From a virus (lineage: Duplodnaviria > Caudoviricetes), in IMG/VR virus record IMGVR_UViG_3300037408_000147, positions 1 through 31,662 of that record: DNA of 31,662 nucleotides, one strand, 5' to 3'. Below are positions 15,925 to 26,100 of this stretch, in pieces; position 1 is the stretch's first letter, and each line of letters starts with the position of its first letter. The notes beneath the pieces are model-generated. The model did not search any database and had not been told where the DNA came from. It saw only the letters and a list, made by a program, of their open reading frames with translations. The position numbers and the translations under genes are program-made.

Positions 15925-16326
15925 GTGGACCTAAAGCGAGTCTACGGACAGGACGAACAGCGCGCCAAGGACGGCGTCCGGGTGTCTCTGGCCCCGGACG
16001 CCGGCGTGGTCATCAGGCCGGCTGACAACGCCGACGCGCGTGCGGAAATCGACCGGCTGAACAGGCAGTACTCGGCCGTTCTGCGGACCGAGGGGCGACT
16101 ACGGCAAGACGCGCTCGACGAGATCGAGTGCCGCGTTCTGGCACATCACGTAATTGTCGACTGGTGGGGACTGACAGAAAACGGCACCGAGGTCGCGTTC
16201 TCTCCGGACACGGCCGTTGACGTTTTGCGGCGCTACCCTGAGTTCCGAGCGCAGGTGTCGATCCAGGCGTCACGTCGCACGCATTTCGCCCTGGCCGACG
16301 ATCGAGACGGCCAGGGAAACTCCTAG
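15925..16326 (+). CDS. Tail assembly chaperone (lambda gpG analogue)
   Basis: GGGAGG RBS, position between tube and tape measure, VDWWGL motif, ends at the slippery G GGA AAC. Confidence 0.85.
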   Translation: MDLKRVYGQDEQRAKDGVRVSLAPDAGVVIRPADNADARAEIDRLNRQYSAVLRTEGRLRQDALDEIECRVLAHHVIVDWWGLTENGTEVAFSPDTAVDVLRRYPEFRAQVSIQASRRTHFALADDRDGQGNS

Positions 16327-16356
16327 CCGCCCTCCGCTGGCACTGGCGGTGGGCGG
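16314..16356 (+). other. Programmed -1 frameshift signal: G GGA AAC plus 3' hairpin
   Basis: X XXY YYZ heptamer at 16314-16320 in the gpG frame, 6-nt spacer, then stem CCGCCC-T-CCGCT / GGCGG-T-GGGCGG at 16327-16356. Confidence 0.85.
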
Positions 16357-16673
16357 AGCACGCACAATGGTTCGAGCGATTGGCGCGAGAGGGCATCGTC
16401 ACGCGGGCCTTACGGGACCGGGTGGAGATCTACGCGGACCTCGCGCCGTTCTGGCAGGCGTTCGTCGTGCTCAGTGCCGCACGTGGTGGCGGATGGGGGC
16501 CGCAGCCGATCCAGGTCGAGGCCGTGTACGCCTACGCGCGGCTGGTGGCGTTCCCGCGCGATCTCTGGGGGGACTTGCTGTTCGCGGTACGGATCCTCGA
16601 CCGCGAGCTGATGCAGCTCGACGCCGAGAAGCAGAAGAAGCCGGACAAGAAGCGAGGCAAGCAGTATGGCTGA
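16314..16673 (+). CDS. Frameshifted tail chaperone extension (gpT part of gpGT)
   Basis: The -1 frame is open from the slip site (KLLAALRWHWRWAEH...WQAFVVLSAARGGGWGPQPI...) to TGA 16673, overlapping the tape measure start. Confidence 0.82.
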   Translation, partial: GKLLAALRWHWRWAEHAQWFERLAREGIVTRALRDRVEIYADLAPFWQAFVVLSAARGGGWGPQPIQVEAVYAYARLVAFPRDLWGDLLFAVRILDRELMQLDAEKQKKPDKKRGKQYG

Positions 16674-19600
16674 GCTGATCGACTTCGGGGTCCGGATTCG
16701 GCAGCAGGGTGCCGAGGGTGTCATGGCGGCCGTGCAGCGCACCGAGAGTGCGTTCGGGCGGTTGTGGTCTCGGGTGATCGGGCTCAACCAGGCGCTGGAG
16801 CTCGGCGGGCGCATCTGGCACGGCACCGTTGCTCCGCTGGTGGCGCAGGCCGACGCGGCGCGGCTCATCGAGGGGCGGCTGCGTAACGTGGTCAGTTCCG
16901 AGGAAGAGCTGGCGCGGGTGCAGGAGGACCTGTTCCAGGTGGCGCAGCGGGGCCGCGCCGGCTTCGAGGATACGGCAGCGCTCTACACCCGGCTCGGGCT
17001 CGCCACGAAGGACCTTGGCACGAGTCAGCAGGACCTGCTCGACGTGACCGAGTCGGTCGCGAAGGCGCTCGTCGTATCAGGCGCCAGCGCTGCTGAGACG
17101 TCGTCGGCGCTGCTCCAGCTCTCGCAGGCGATCGGCAGCGGCGTGTTGCAAGGCGAGGAGCTGCGAGCGTTGAGGGAGTCCGGGCCGCGCATCCTGCAAG
17201 CGATTGCCGAGGAGATGGGCGTCAAGTCCATCGGCGACCTGAAGAAGCTCGGCGAGCAGGGCAAGATCACGGCCGACGTCATCCTCAACTCGATGCTGAA
17301 CGCGCTCGGGAAGATCAACGAGGAGTTCTCGAATCTTCCGATGACGGTCGGCGCCGCGATGACGCTGGCGTCGAACCAGACGTTTCGGCTGATCAGCCAG
17401 TTCGACGAGATGAGCGGGGCGTCGAACAAGCTCGCGGACACGATCAACCGGGTGGCGGACGAGCTCGGCGACTGGATGACCGCGAACGACGAGCTGATCG
17501 CGAGCGGCGTGCACGAGTTTTTCAAAGGGCTGACGTTCACGATTGAGCGGATACCGCGGGCGCTCGAGATGGCAGCAACGGCGGGCGGGAAGTTCCTGTC
17601 CGTGGTCGGGCCGGTGTTCGACTGGATCACCGAGAACCCGGAGATGGCCGCGGGGCTGTTCGGTGCCTACAAGGGTGCCACGCTGGCTGCGCGGTTGCCT
17701 GTTCCGCTTCCGGCTCGACCCTACGTGATCGCCGGCGGTGCGGCGCTCGGCGGGCTCGCTGGTGCCTACGCCGGGCACGAGCTCGGCCGCGATCCGGCGG
17801 AGGAGTACACGCAGTCGATCGTGCGGCAGCGTTTCGAGCGCGAGGTGGCGCAGGGAATGCTGCCGCAGACGCCGGCGGAGATCGGGTACAGCGACGTCAC
17901 CTACAACGCGACGCGACAGCAGCAGCGCTTGAACGAACAGTTCGCCTCGCGAGGCCGTACCGGTCTGCCGGAGTATCCGACCGCGGCGCAGGTCTACGAG
18001 ATGCGCGAGCGGCGCTGGCAGCAGCTCGAAGCCGAGGTGGCTGGCAACATCGCGCGGGACCGCGCCGAGCTGCGCACGGACCTCGAGCGCGGCGATATCG
18101 TCGGTGGCATGACTGCGGCGCCGAGTCTGTTCGATCAGACTACAGCCGCCGAGCAGTCCGCGCTCTCGGCGCAGCAAGGCCGGTACATCGCGCGTGCTGG
18201 CCGTCGTGCCACGGCGCGCGACACGGCCGCAACGGAGGCCGAGCAGAAGGCGCAAGCCGCGGTGGCCAAAGAAGCCGCAGACGCCGCCAAACGGCAGCAG
18301 GAAGAGCTGGACAATCTCGTCAACACGCTGCTCGAACGGGCGGCTCCGGCGGCGCAACGATTCGGGCGCGAGCTGGACACGTACGTGGTGGCGATGGGCA
18401 CCGGTCGCGTCTCGACGGAGACGTACGCAAACGCCGTCACGCAGCTCGCCGACCAGTACGGCGGCTCGATCCAGAACGGCGAGCAGTTCACTCAGCGGGT
18501 TTCCGAGCTGTCCGATCAGTACCGGTCCGGGCAGATCGACGCAGGGGCCTATACGTCGAGCGTGCGCGAGATTGCCGACGCCTACCTGGCGCAGGCGGAC
18601 GCCTCGCAGGTGCTGCTGCGGGCCGAAGAGGTTCGGCGGCAGGAACAGCAGGCGATGCGCGATGAGGCGGCGGGCTTCATCGAGTCCGCGCGGCCGGAGC
18701 TGGCGGTGGAACGTACCCTGCGGCGAGTCTCGGCTCTGGAGGCTGGGGGCTTCCTCGCTCCCGACCAGCGGCGCGAGATCGTGGACAGCATCGTCGATGA
18801 CTTCGAGCGGATCGGCGACTCCGGCGACCGCGCGTTCCAGCGGCTGACCGAGGCGACCGAGCAGTTCGGGCGGACCTTCACACGCCAGCTCGCCGAGGCG
18901 TTCACCGGGGCGAAGCTGAACTTCGAGGAACTGCTGCGAGGCTTCGCGACGGATCTCCTGGAGCTGTCGATCTACGAGACCGCGACCCGGCCGATCTTTG
19001 AGGCGGTGCGATTGCAGCTCGACCCGGAGGCTCGCAGGCGGAAGGAGCAGCAGGACCTACGGATTCAGCAGGGCGAGTCGATGCGCCAGGCGTACGGCGG
19101 CACCTCCCGATTCGCAGAGCCGGCCGGTGAAGCGGCAGGCCTGTTCGCTGGTGGGGCGGTGGGAATGCTCGCCCGCGACGACACGCGCCGAGGCCCGATC
19201 GAGGGGATGCAGCAGTACGGCGGCGACGTTGCACGTGAAACGGTAGCCGCGGCCGATGATGTCGAGAGCCGGTGGACGCAGATCGCGGATTCGGTTGGCG
19301 AAGGCTTCGACCGTGTGATCGGCGGCGTCGGTGACGGGTTCATGGCGCTGGTGCAGAGTGTGTCCGGGGCGTTCGGGTCGATCCTGACGGGACTGTTCGC
19401 AGGGCAGGGCGGCGGAGGGTTCTGGGAGGGGCTCGGCATGGCCGTGCTCGGGGGCGCGGTACAGGGAGCGGCGGGGGCCGCTTTTTCCGGCGGCGGTTCG
19501 CCGATGTCTCAGCGTGAGCAGCTCGACTTCGCCGCGTCCGAGTACGGGATGACCTTCCGCTACCATGACGGTGGCGTGATCGGTGCGACCGGGCCGGGGC

Positions 19601-20133
19601 GCTCCGAGCTGATCGAGCGGACGGAGAAGCTCGCGGCTGGCGAACGGATCATCGTTGCACAGGACGGCGAACTGGTACTGCCGCGGGCGGTGACGTCTCA
19701 ACTCGTCAGCCGTGACCGGTCTTCCGTCGCCACGGAGCGCAACGTCCTTCGTGAGATCGACCGCGTGGCGGGCGTGTCTCGGCCGCAGGAGTCCGGCGCC
19801 CTCCCGTCGCTGCCGCGGTATCACGACGGCGGCCTCGTTGGGGGGCTGTCACTGAGCAGCTCGTCGTCCGGGGCGGGCGCGATGGCTGGCGAATCCCCGT
19901 CTCTGCCGTCGCGTCCTCCTGCCCGTCCCCGGGCGACGGGGCCATCTCGTCAGACCGAGCAGGTACAGCAGACGCATGTGACGGTCCCCGTGACAATCCA
20001 GACGACGTCGCTCGACCCGCGCGGAGCGGCCGGCGTGATCGCTGAGCACCTGCCGATGATCGAGGGGCACATCCGGCGCTCGATCGAGCGAGGGCGAGAC
20101 CTGGCCATCGCGGTCGGGCGGCGGCGAGGGTGA
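16666..20133 (+). CDS. Tape measure protein (1155 aa)
   Basis: Tape-measure N-terminal domain (LYTRL...SGASAAE...LLQLSQA..SGVLQGEELR.L.E), Ala/Gly/Gln-rich helical body, hydrophobic segments, C-terminal YHDGG motifs. Confidence 0.95.
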   Translation: MAELIDFGVRIRQQGAEGVMAAVQRTESAFGRLWSRVIGLNQALELGGRIWHGTVAPLVAQADAARLIEGRLRNVVSSEEELARVQEDLFQVAQRGRAGFEDTAALYTRLGLATKDLGTSQQDLLDVTESVAKALVVSGASAAETSSALLQLSQAIGSGVLQGEELRALRESGPRILQAIAEEMGVKSIGDLKKLGEQGKITADVILNSMLNALGKINEEFSNLPMTVGAAMTLASNQTFRLISQFDEMSGASNKLADTINRVADELGDWMTANDELIASGVHEFFKGLTFTIERIPRALEMAATAGGKFLSVVGPVFDWITENPEMAAGLFGAYKGATLAARLPVPLPARPYVIAGGAALGGLAGAYAGHELGRDPAEEYTQSIVRQRFEREVAQGMLPQTPAEIGYSDVTYNATRQQQRLNEQFASRGRTGLPEYPTAAQVYEMRERRWQQLEAEVAGNIARDRAELRTDLERGDIVGGMTAAPSLFDQTTAAEQSALSAQQGRYIARAGRRATARDTAATEAEQKAQAAVAKEAADAAKRQQEELDNLVNTLLERAAPAAQRFGRELDTYVVAMGTGRVSTETYANAVTQLADQYGGSIQNGEQFTQRVSELSDQYRSGQIDAGAYTSSVREIADAYLAQADASQVLLRAEEVRRQEQQAMRDEAAGFIESARPELAVERTLRRVSALEAGGFLAPDQRREIVDSIVDDFERIGDSGDRAFQRLTEATEQFGRTFTRQLAEAFTGAKLNFEELLRGFATDLLELSIYETATRPIFEAVRLQLDPEARRRKEQQDLRIQQGESMRQAYGGTSRFAEPAGEAAGLFAGGAVGMLARDDTRRGPIEGMQQYGGDVARETVAAADDVESRWTQIADSVGEGFDRVIGGVGDGFMALVQSVSGAFGSILTGLFAGQGGGGFWEGLGMAVLGGAVQGAAGAAFSGGGSPMSQREQLDFAASEYGMTFRYHDGGVIGATGPGRSELIERTEKLAAGERIIVAQDGELVLPRAVTSQLVSRDRSSVATERNVLREIDRVAGVSRPQESGALPSLPRYHDGGLVGGLSLSSSSSGAGAMAGESPSLPSRPPARPRATGPSRQTEQVQQTHVTVPVTIQTTSLDPRGAAGVIAEHLPMIEGHIRRSIERGRDLAIAVGRRRG

Positions 20134-20136
20134 GGC

Positions 20137-20751
20137 ATGGCGACGGGATCTCCTGACATCAGCTACCCGTGCAACCCGTCGGTGGCTCGCGTGCGCTGGG
20201 CGTCGCGGCCGATCCGCTTCGAGGCGCCGTGGTCTGGGGCGGTGCAGGTGCTCGACCGTTGGGGGCGGTGGGAGCTCGAGCTGACGTGGGACCTGATGAC
20301 GATGGCGCAGGCGCAGCAGCTTCTCGGGGCGCTGGGCCAGTACGGCGATCACACGGCGTTCTCGCTGTGCGATCCGTCGCGGCTCGTGCCGACCGGCAAC
20401 GCCACCGTGGCGCAGCTCGCAAACCTGCTCGTGAAGGGCGCGGGGCAAACCGGAAAGTCTCTGCTGGTTGACGGCGGGCCGAACTCGACGCTGATCCTGA
20501 AGGCCGGCGACCTGATCGGTATTGCAGCGACGGACGAATGCTACGAGGTCCGCTCGGACGTGACGACCAACTCGTCGGGCGAGGCGACCATCACGCTCAA
20601 CCAGGCGATTCGGACTTCACCTGCCGATAACGCCGACGTGCTCGTGTCCTACGTCCCGATCACCGTGAGGCTTGCAGAGCCGATCGAGCGGGAGTCCCAG
20701 GTGAACAACCTGACCTCGATCCGGATCCGGGCGCTGGAGGACATCTCGTGA
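20137..20751 (+). CDS. Distal tail protein (Dit-like) with inserted beta-barrel
   Basis: First gene after tape measure. PWSG..Q.....RWELEL.W N-terminus; GAGQTG..L.VDG...LKAGD insert. Confidence 0.75.
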   Translation: MATGSPDISYPCNPSVARVRWASRPIRFEAPWSGAVQVLDRWGRWELELTWDLMTMAQAQQLLGALGQYGDHTAFSLCDPSRLVPTGNATVAQLANLLVKGAGQTGKSLLVDGGPNSTLILKAGDLIGIAATDECYEVRSDVTTNSSGEATITLNQAIRTSPADNADVLVSYVPITVRLAEPIERESQVNNLTSIRIRALEDIS

Positions 20752-22661
20752 GCAATCCGGCCGGACCCGGGACGAACCTGACCACGCGGCCTGTCACGAC
20801 CGCGATGGCTCAGGCGCTCGCCGAGGCAGAAGGCTATTCCGCGTGCCACCTCGTCGAGATCGAGTTCGGGTCCGTCGTCACAGCGTCGAATCTAGAATGG
20901 ACCGTCACGCCGGCCGGTAACTCGCAGTACGTCGAGTGCCAGGTGTCGCTCGACAGCGGGCGCAACTGGGCTCGCGTTGTGGGCAATGCTGCTGGGGGCG
21001 ACGCGGCGATCCCCGGCCTCGAAGCTGGCGTGGTGACGACGAACAAGGAGCTGCTCGTGCGGTTCCTGATCTCGCAGTCGACCGTGGCAGGTGCGCGGGC
21101 CGACATCCGAATTTCCGGCTGTCGTGTGGTCGTGAACTTCGCCGACGGCAGCGAGATCGACCATACGTTCGACCTGTCGGAGGGGATCTACGTCGGCACG
21201 GAGTACGCGACCGACGGCATCCGGCAGCAGAATGAGATTGCGCTAGACCTGAACAACGTGACCGGCGCGCGGCTGGAGTGGGCCAACTCCGCACCGTACG
21301 ACGGCGACAGCAACGCGCAGGGCATCAACGTCTCGACGGGTATCCTGGCGAACGAGAACCCGACTGCGCCGCGGCGTCAGGACCCGAACGCCGATGCTAC
21401 CGAGCGCCGTGCGCTGGCTGCGTTCTCGATCGAGTTTCTGTGCTGGCTGCGGGCGTCCAGTGGGACTGCGGCGACGCTTTGCGAGTGGGAGTCGGCCGCG
21501 AACGACGTTGTGTTCCGCCTTTCTGTGGACAGCAGCAATCGCCTCGTTCTGTTCATCACCGAGAACCAGTTCTTCGGGCTGCCGGCGAGCGGCTGGACGT
21601 TGCAGTCGGCGGACGGCGTTTATCGCCGAGTGCAGTGGCAGCACGTGGCCGTCGTCTATGACGGCTACTGGGTGCAGACGTTCGTCGACGGGCGCGTGCT
21701 GGGTCGCTGGCCTCTGCCGACCTTCATGGACCGGGACCAGAGCCGTTACGGCATCGTGGTCCCTACAGACGGGCCGCTGCGCTTCGGCGTGGCGACCGCG
21801 GCAAACAACTTCCAGCTCGCCGAGGTTCGCGTCTGGAATCGCGCGCTGAGAGCTGGGGTGCTGAAGACGCGACGCACGCGCAAGCTCTCCGACTCTGAGA
21901 TCGAGGTGCTGAACGAGGACGAGGGCCTCGTGGCGTACGTGCCGCTGGACAATCCAGCCGGTGGAAGCAACCCCGTCAACCGCGTGGCGCTGGTTCTCAG
22001 CGACGCGACGTACCCGGCGCCGACTGTGCGCGAGTACGGCCCTGCGCCGACTCGGGCCGCGTACGAGATCACGCTGCCGTGGCGGGGCCTGGCGCCGCAG
22101 GTGGCGGGCAGCTTCGAGGTCGTGGGGCCACGGCCGGGCTACGTGACAGCGCCGCTGTCGCTGGCAGTGGCTGGTGACGTGCTCCAACTCACCGACGCGC
22201 CACGGGACGTCGAGTACGGCGGGAAGACCTTCGAGGGGATCGGCCAGCTCGGGCAAATCGAAGCCATCGAAGAGAACACCACGGCGCTACCCACCCAGCT
22301 CCGCCTCTCGTTGTCCGGCGTGCAGACGGCGAACATCGCACTGGCGCTCGGTGAGGAGTACCTCGACCGGCCGGTTCGCGTGTACTGGGCGCTCGTCGAC
22401 ACCGAAGCGGGCACGCTCGTCGCCGACCCCGTGCTGATTTTCGAGGGCCGCCTCGATTCGATGTCCATCTCGATGGGCGAGACGGCGACGGTAGCGGTCG
22501 AGGCCACATCCCACCTCGCAAACTGGGAGCGCAGCGGGGCCGTGCGTTGGAACGAAGCGACGCAGCAGGAGCGATACCCGGAAGACAAAGGACTCGAGTT
22601 CATCGCGCAGATGGCGGACCGCGAGGTTTGGTGGCCGGCGCGGGTCGGGGGGACGACGTGA
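20748..22661 (+). CDS. Tail-tip hub protein (gpL-position) split by an about 430-aa LamG-containing insertion
   Basis: Core LVEIEFG / VLQLTD...FEGIGQLGQI..IEE...LSLSGV...IFEGRLD.M...Q..RYP.DKGLEF. LamG motifs WQHVAVVYDG...FVDG, EVRVWNRAL and LVAY.PLD lie in the insert. Confidence 0.8.
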   Translation: MSNPAGPGTNLTTRPVTTAMAQALAEAEGYSACHLVEIEFGSVVTASNLEWTVTPAGNSQYVECQVSLDSGRNWARVVGNAAGGDAAIPGLEAGVVTTNKELLVRFLISQSTVAGARADIRISGCRVVVNFADGSEIDHTFDLSEGIYVGTEYATDGIRQQNEIALDLNNVTGARLEWANSAPYDGDSNAQGINVSTGILANENPTAPRRQDPNADATERRALAAFSIEFLCWLRASSGTAATLCEWESAANDVVFRLSVDSSNRLVLFITENQFFGLPASGWTLQSADGVYRRVQWQHVAVVYDGYWVQTFVDGRVLGRWPLPTFMDRDQSRYGIVVPTDGPLRFGVATAANNFQLAEVRVWNRALRAGVLKTRRTRKLSDSEIEVLNEDEGLVAYVPLDNPAGGSNPVNRVALVLSDATYPAPTVREYGPAPTRAAYEITLPWRGLAPQVAGSFEVVGPRPGYVTAPLSLAVAGDVLQLTDAPRDVEYGGKTFEGIGQLGQIEAIEENTTALPTQLRLSLSGVQTANIALALGEEYLDRPVRVYWALVDTEAGTLVADPVLIFEGRLDSMSISMGETATVAVEATSHLANWERSGAVRWNEATQQERYPEDKGLEFIAQMADREVWWPARVGGTT

Positions 22662-23116
22662 GGCGGCGGTCCGACTGGTCCGCGCGACTCGTCGCCTACG
22701 TGAACGAGCGGCAGGTCTGGCCGTTCGAGTGGGGTCTGAACGACTGCGCTTCGTTCGTGGCGGCTGGCATCGAGGCGATCACGACGGCGGACCTCGGGAC
22801 GTGGACTGGCGTGTACCACGACGCCGAAGGGGCGCAGGCGTGGCTCGCGTCGCTCGGGTGCGGAACGCTTGCTGTCGTGGCCGAGCGAGTGTTCGACGAC
22901 GGAGAGATCCAGCCGCGGCGCATGATTCGTGGCGACGTGCTCTGGCTGCCGCAAGACAGCGGGCTGCTGGAGCCGTGCGGCGAGATCGGTGCGTTACTGC
23001 TTGCCGTGGGTGGTGGGGCCGTGGCCGTGCCGAGCGGTCGAGGACTGGTGCGGCTGTCGCTACTCGAAGCCGCTGCGGTGCCCGGCTGCCGCGCGTGGGT
23101 GGTGGGGGCTCGCTGA
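22658..23116 (+). CDS. NlpC/P60-like tail-tip protein (gpK-position)
   Basis: GTGA overlap. DW..RL..Y, PFEWG.NDC..F and RGD motifs; no obvious catalytic His. Confidence 0.8.
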   Translation: MRRRSDWSARLVAYVNERQVWPFEWGLNDCASFVAAGIEAITTADLGTWTGVYHDAEGAQAWLASLGCGTLAVVAERVFDDGEIQPRRMIRGDVLWLPQDSGLLEPCGEIGALLLAVGGGAVAVPSGRGLVRLSLLEAAAVPGCRAWVVGAR

Positions 23117-23117
23117 G

Positions 23118-26100
23118 ATGCCGGGGGCTGTTGCCGCTGCGGTTGCGGCTTGGACCGCGCTAGGGACGATCGGGCAGGCGGCCGTCATCGGTGCTGCGAT
23201 CTCTGGCCTATCGTACTCGGTCAGCTACCTACTGCGGCCGAAGGTTCGCCGCCCGACCACGTCGACGAGCCTGGACCATCTTCGCTCAATCCAGCGGGAC
23301 TCGGCCGCTCCGGCCCGTGTCGTCTACGGCACGTACCGAGCGAGCGGGGTGCTGGCCTACGCGATCAGCACCGACGCAACCGGCAAAGTCGTTGAGGGCG
23401 GGACGTACCTCCACATGGTGCTGCTGATGGCGGTCGGACCGATCACGGACATCCGCGCCATCCAGCTCAACGACCAGTCGGCCGACACGACGCAGTTCGC
23501 CGACTACGTTCTGTTCGCGGTCTTCACCGGCGAATCGGATCAGGTGTCGCTGGCCGGCGAGTATCGAATCGGCACGACTGACGTCAGCACGCCTGACGAG
23601 TGGACCACCAAGCATCGACTCCTCGGCATCGGCTACCTGTACGGGCTCTTCGAATACAACCAGGACGTGTTCCGCGGCGGTGCGCCGAACATCATGGCGA
23701 TCGTCGACGGCTACGCGCTCTACGACCCGCGCGAGGACATCGACCGCGGCGGCGCGCAGAAGGTTTACGACCCGTCGACGTGGCGCTGGTCCGACAACTG
23801 GGCGCTGTGCATTCGAGACTTCCTCGTACGCGAGATGGGTGTTTCCTATCTCGACCTGGACGACGACTCGTTCACGCAAGCGGCGGCCGACTCCGACGAG
23901 CTGGTCGACACCTCCGAGTACGTGGTCGAAGACGATTCCGACAGCGGCCGGCAGCAGCACAAACGCTACCGCTGCAACGGCCTGTACGAGACCGACGCAT
24001 TGAAGCCTGACGTTCTGGTAGGGATGCTCGCCGCGGGTGCCGGCCAACTCGTGTACGTCAACGGCACCTACTACCTCTACGCGGGCGTGGCGCGCACGAC
24101 GGCGGTGGACCCGGCCACGAGCGGCTACTACACGCTCACCGAAGACGACGCTCGCGGAACAATCGAGGTGCTCGCGAAGCCGGGCCGCAAAGACCGCGTG
24201 AACACCGTCGTCGGCACGTTCATCAACCCGGCCAAGAACTACCAACCGGACTCGTTCCCGCCCGTCACCAACTCGACGTACAAGGCCGAGGACGGTGGCG
24301 TCGAGCTGCGCACGGAGCTGGACCTGCCGTTTGTGCAGGACGTCGATCAGGCCCGGCGCATCGCGTCGATCTATCTCAAGCAACGGCGGCAGGGCATCCG
24401 CATCCGGTGGCCCGGCACGCCGCGGCTGACGACGCTACGACCTCCGGCCGTGGTGCGGGTGACTCACGCGGCGTTCGGCTGGACGAACAAGCTCTTCAGC
24501 ACTGAGCGGCTAGAGCTCCAGCCGGACGGTGGTGTGGACATCGACCTGGCCGAGTACGCAGACGACATCTACGAGATCGACTGGACGGGCCTGCCGGCGG
24601 TAGACCCGGCTCCTGATACCGACCTCGTTGATCCGTGGGCGGTGAACCCTCCCGCGGCCGTAAGCGCTGCGGTCGACACGTACGCGGCCGGTGACGGCAC
24701 CGTGGTCCCGCGCGTGACGCTGACGATCACGCCGCCGGACGAGGGCTACGTTGACGCCTACGCGGTCTTTTACCGCCGCGAGGCCCCGGACATAGGCGAG
24801 ATGCAGGCGGTCGAAACAACGACCACCTCGCTGGTCCTGACGGGCCTACCGATCGGCACGTACTACTGCGCGGTCTACTCGAAGCTGCGAAACAAGTACT
24901 CGCTGCCGCGGTACACGAGCTGGGTGATTCGCGCGGAGATCCTGCCGCCGCCGGACGTCGCGCGGTTCTCGTTCTCGATCTCGCCGGCCGGTCGGCGCGT
25001 GTTCGAGTGGACGATCACCGAGCCAGTTCCGTCGGACGTGCTCGGCATTCAGATTCGCTACGTCGTCGGCAACGCGCCGAACGCAACGTGGGACGAGGCG
25101 ACGCCACTGCACAACGGCGACCTCGTTGTCTCGCCGTGGGACACGGACAAGCCGATCTCGCCCGGGACCTACACGTTCCTCGCGTCGGCGATCGACACGC
25201 AGGGGCTGTACTCGAGCACCCCGGCCGTACTGGTCGCGACGATTCCGCCGCCGGTCGGAATCGGAGACCTCATCTATCGCCAGGAGGACGGGGAGCTCGG
25301 CTGGCCGGGACAGCTCGCAAACGGCACGGTCACGGCGCGCGGCCTGGAGGTCATTGACGACACGACGTGGGACGGGCTCGGCTCGCTCACGTGGGACGAG
25401 TGGACCGGGTGGCTCTATACCGGCATCGGACCGCTGCAATACTTCGCGCGTGAGATCGACCTGGGCGTCGACACCGACGTCACGACCGAAAGCGACGTGG
25501 CCTCAGCGAGCATCGACGTCACCGTCCAGGTTGCCTTCCGGCTGGCCGACGGGACGTGGAGTGGCTGGGGTCCGCATCGCAGCGGCCGGGCGCGGTACGT
25601 GACGTTTCTGCTCACTGGCGACGCTACGGGGCAGGGAGCGATCGTGACGCGCTTCGAGCAGCGCGTGTACGGCCTTGCGCAACAGCAGTCCTGGGACAAC
25701 GTCGACTCAACCTACCGGGCGTTCATCAACGCCGGGCCAAGCGAGACGGGCGTGAACCTGAACGTCAACGGTGCGCGGCTCGTAAACCTGGACGTCGACT
25801 CGACAGGGATGCGACTCCTCGCGCGTGCGGCGCTCGATCTCGGCGGCAGTGGGGCTTACGTTGAGGCGCCCGCCACCTCGCGCGTCAACGAGCTGTCGGA
25901 CCAGTGGACGATCGCAATCGCGTTCCGGTGCGACGTCGACAACGAAGGCGGATACCTGATCAGCAAGGGGTACGATGACGGCAGTGACGGCGGCTGGGCG
26001 CTGCGATACGGCGTGCACGCCGATCGAGTCGTCGACTTTGTGACCGACGCCTACACGGGGGACGATCCGGCAACAGTCTCCCGTACCACGATCACGAAGG

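Noticed and set aside
16217-16678. 153-aa ORF as the gpT chaperone extension
   Set aside because: It is in the +1 frame relative to gpG. The -1 frame ending at 16673 has the slip site and chaperone-like sequence.
13389-23117. Upstream-extended starts in the ORF track (13389, 13471, 14177, 22547, 22929; also 803, 4661, 4897, 9655, 10945)
   Set aside because: They overlap upstream genes extensively. Downstream starts with stop-start coupling or an SD (13896, 13531, 14258, 22658, 23118, 1187, 4841, 5056, 9805, 10987) fit better.
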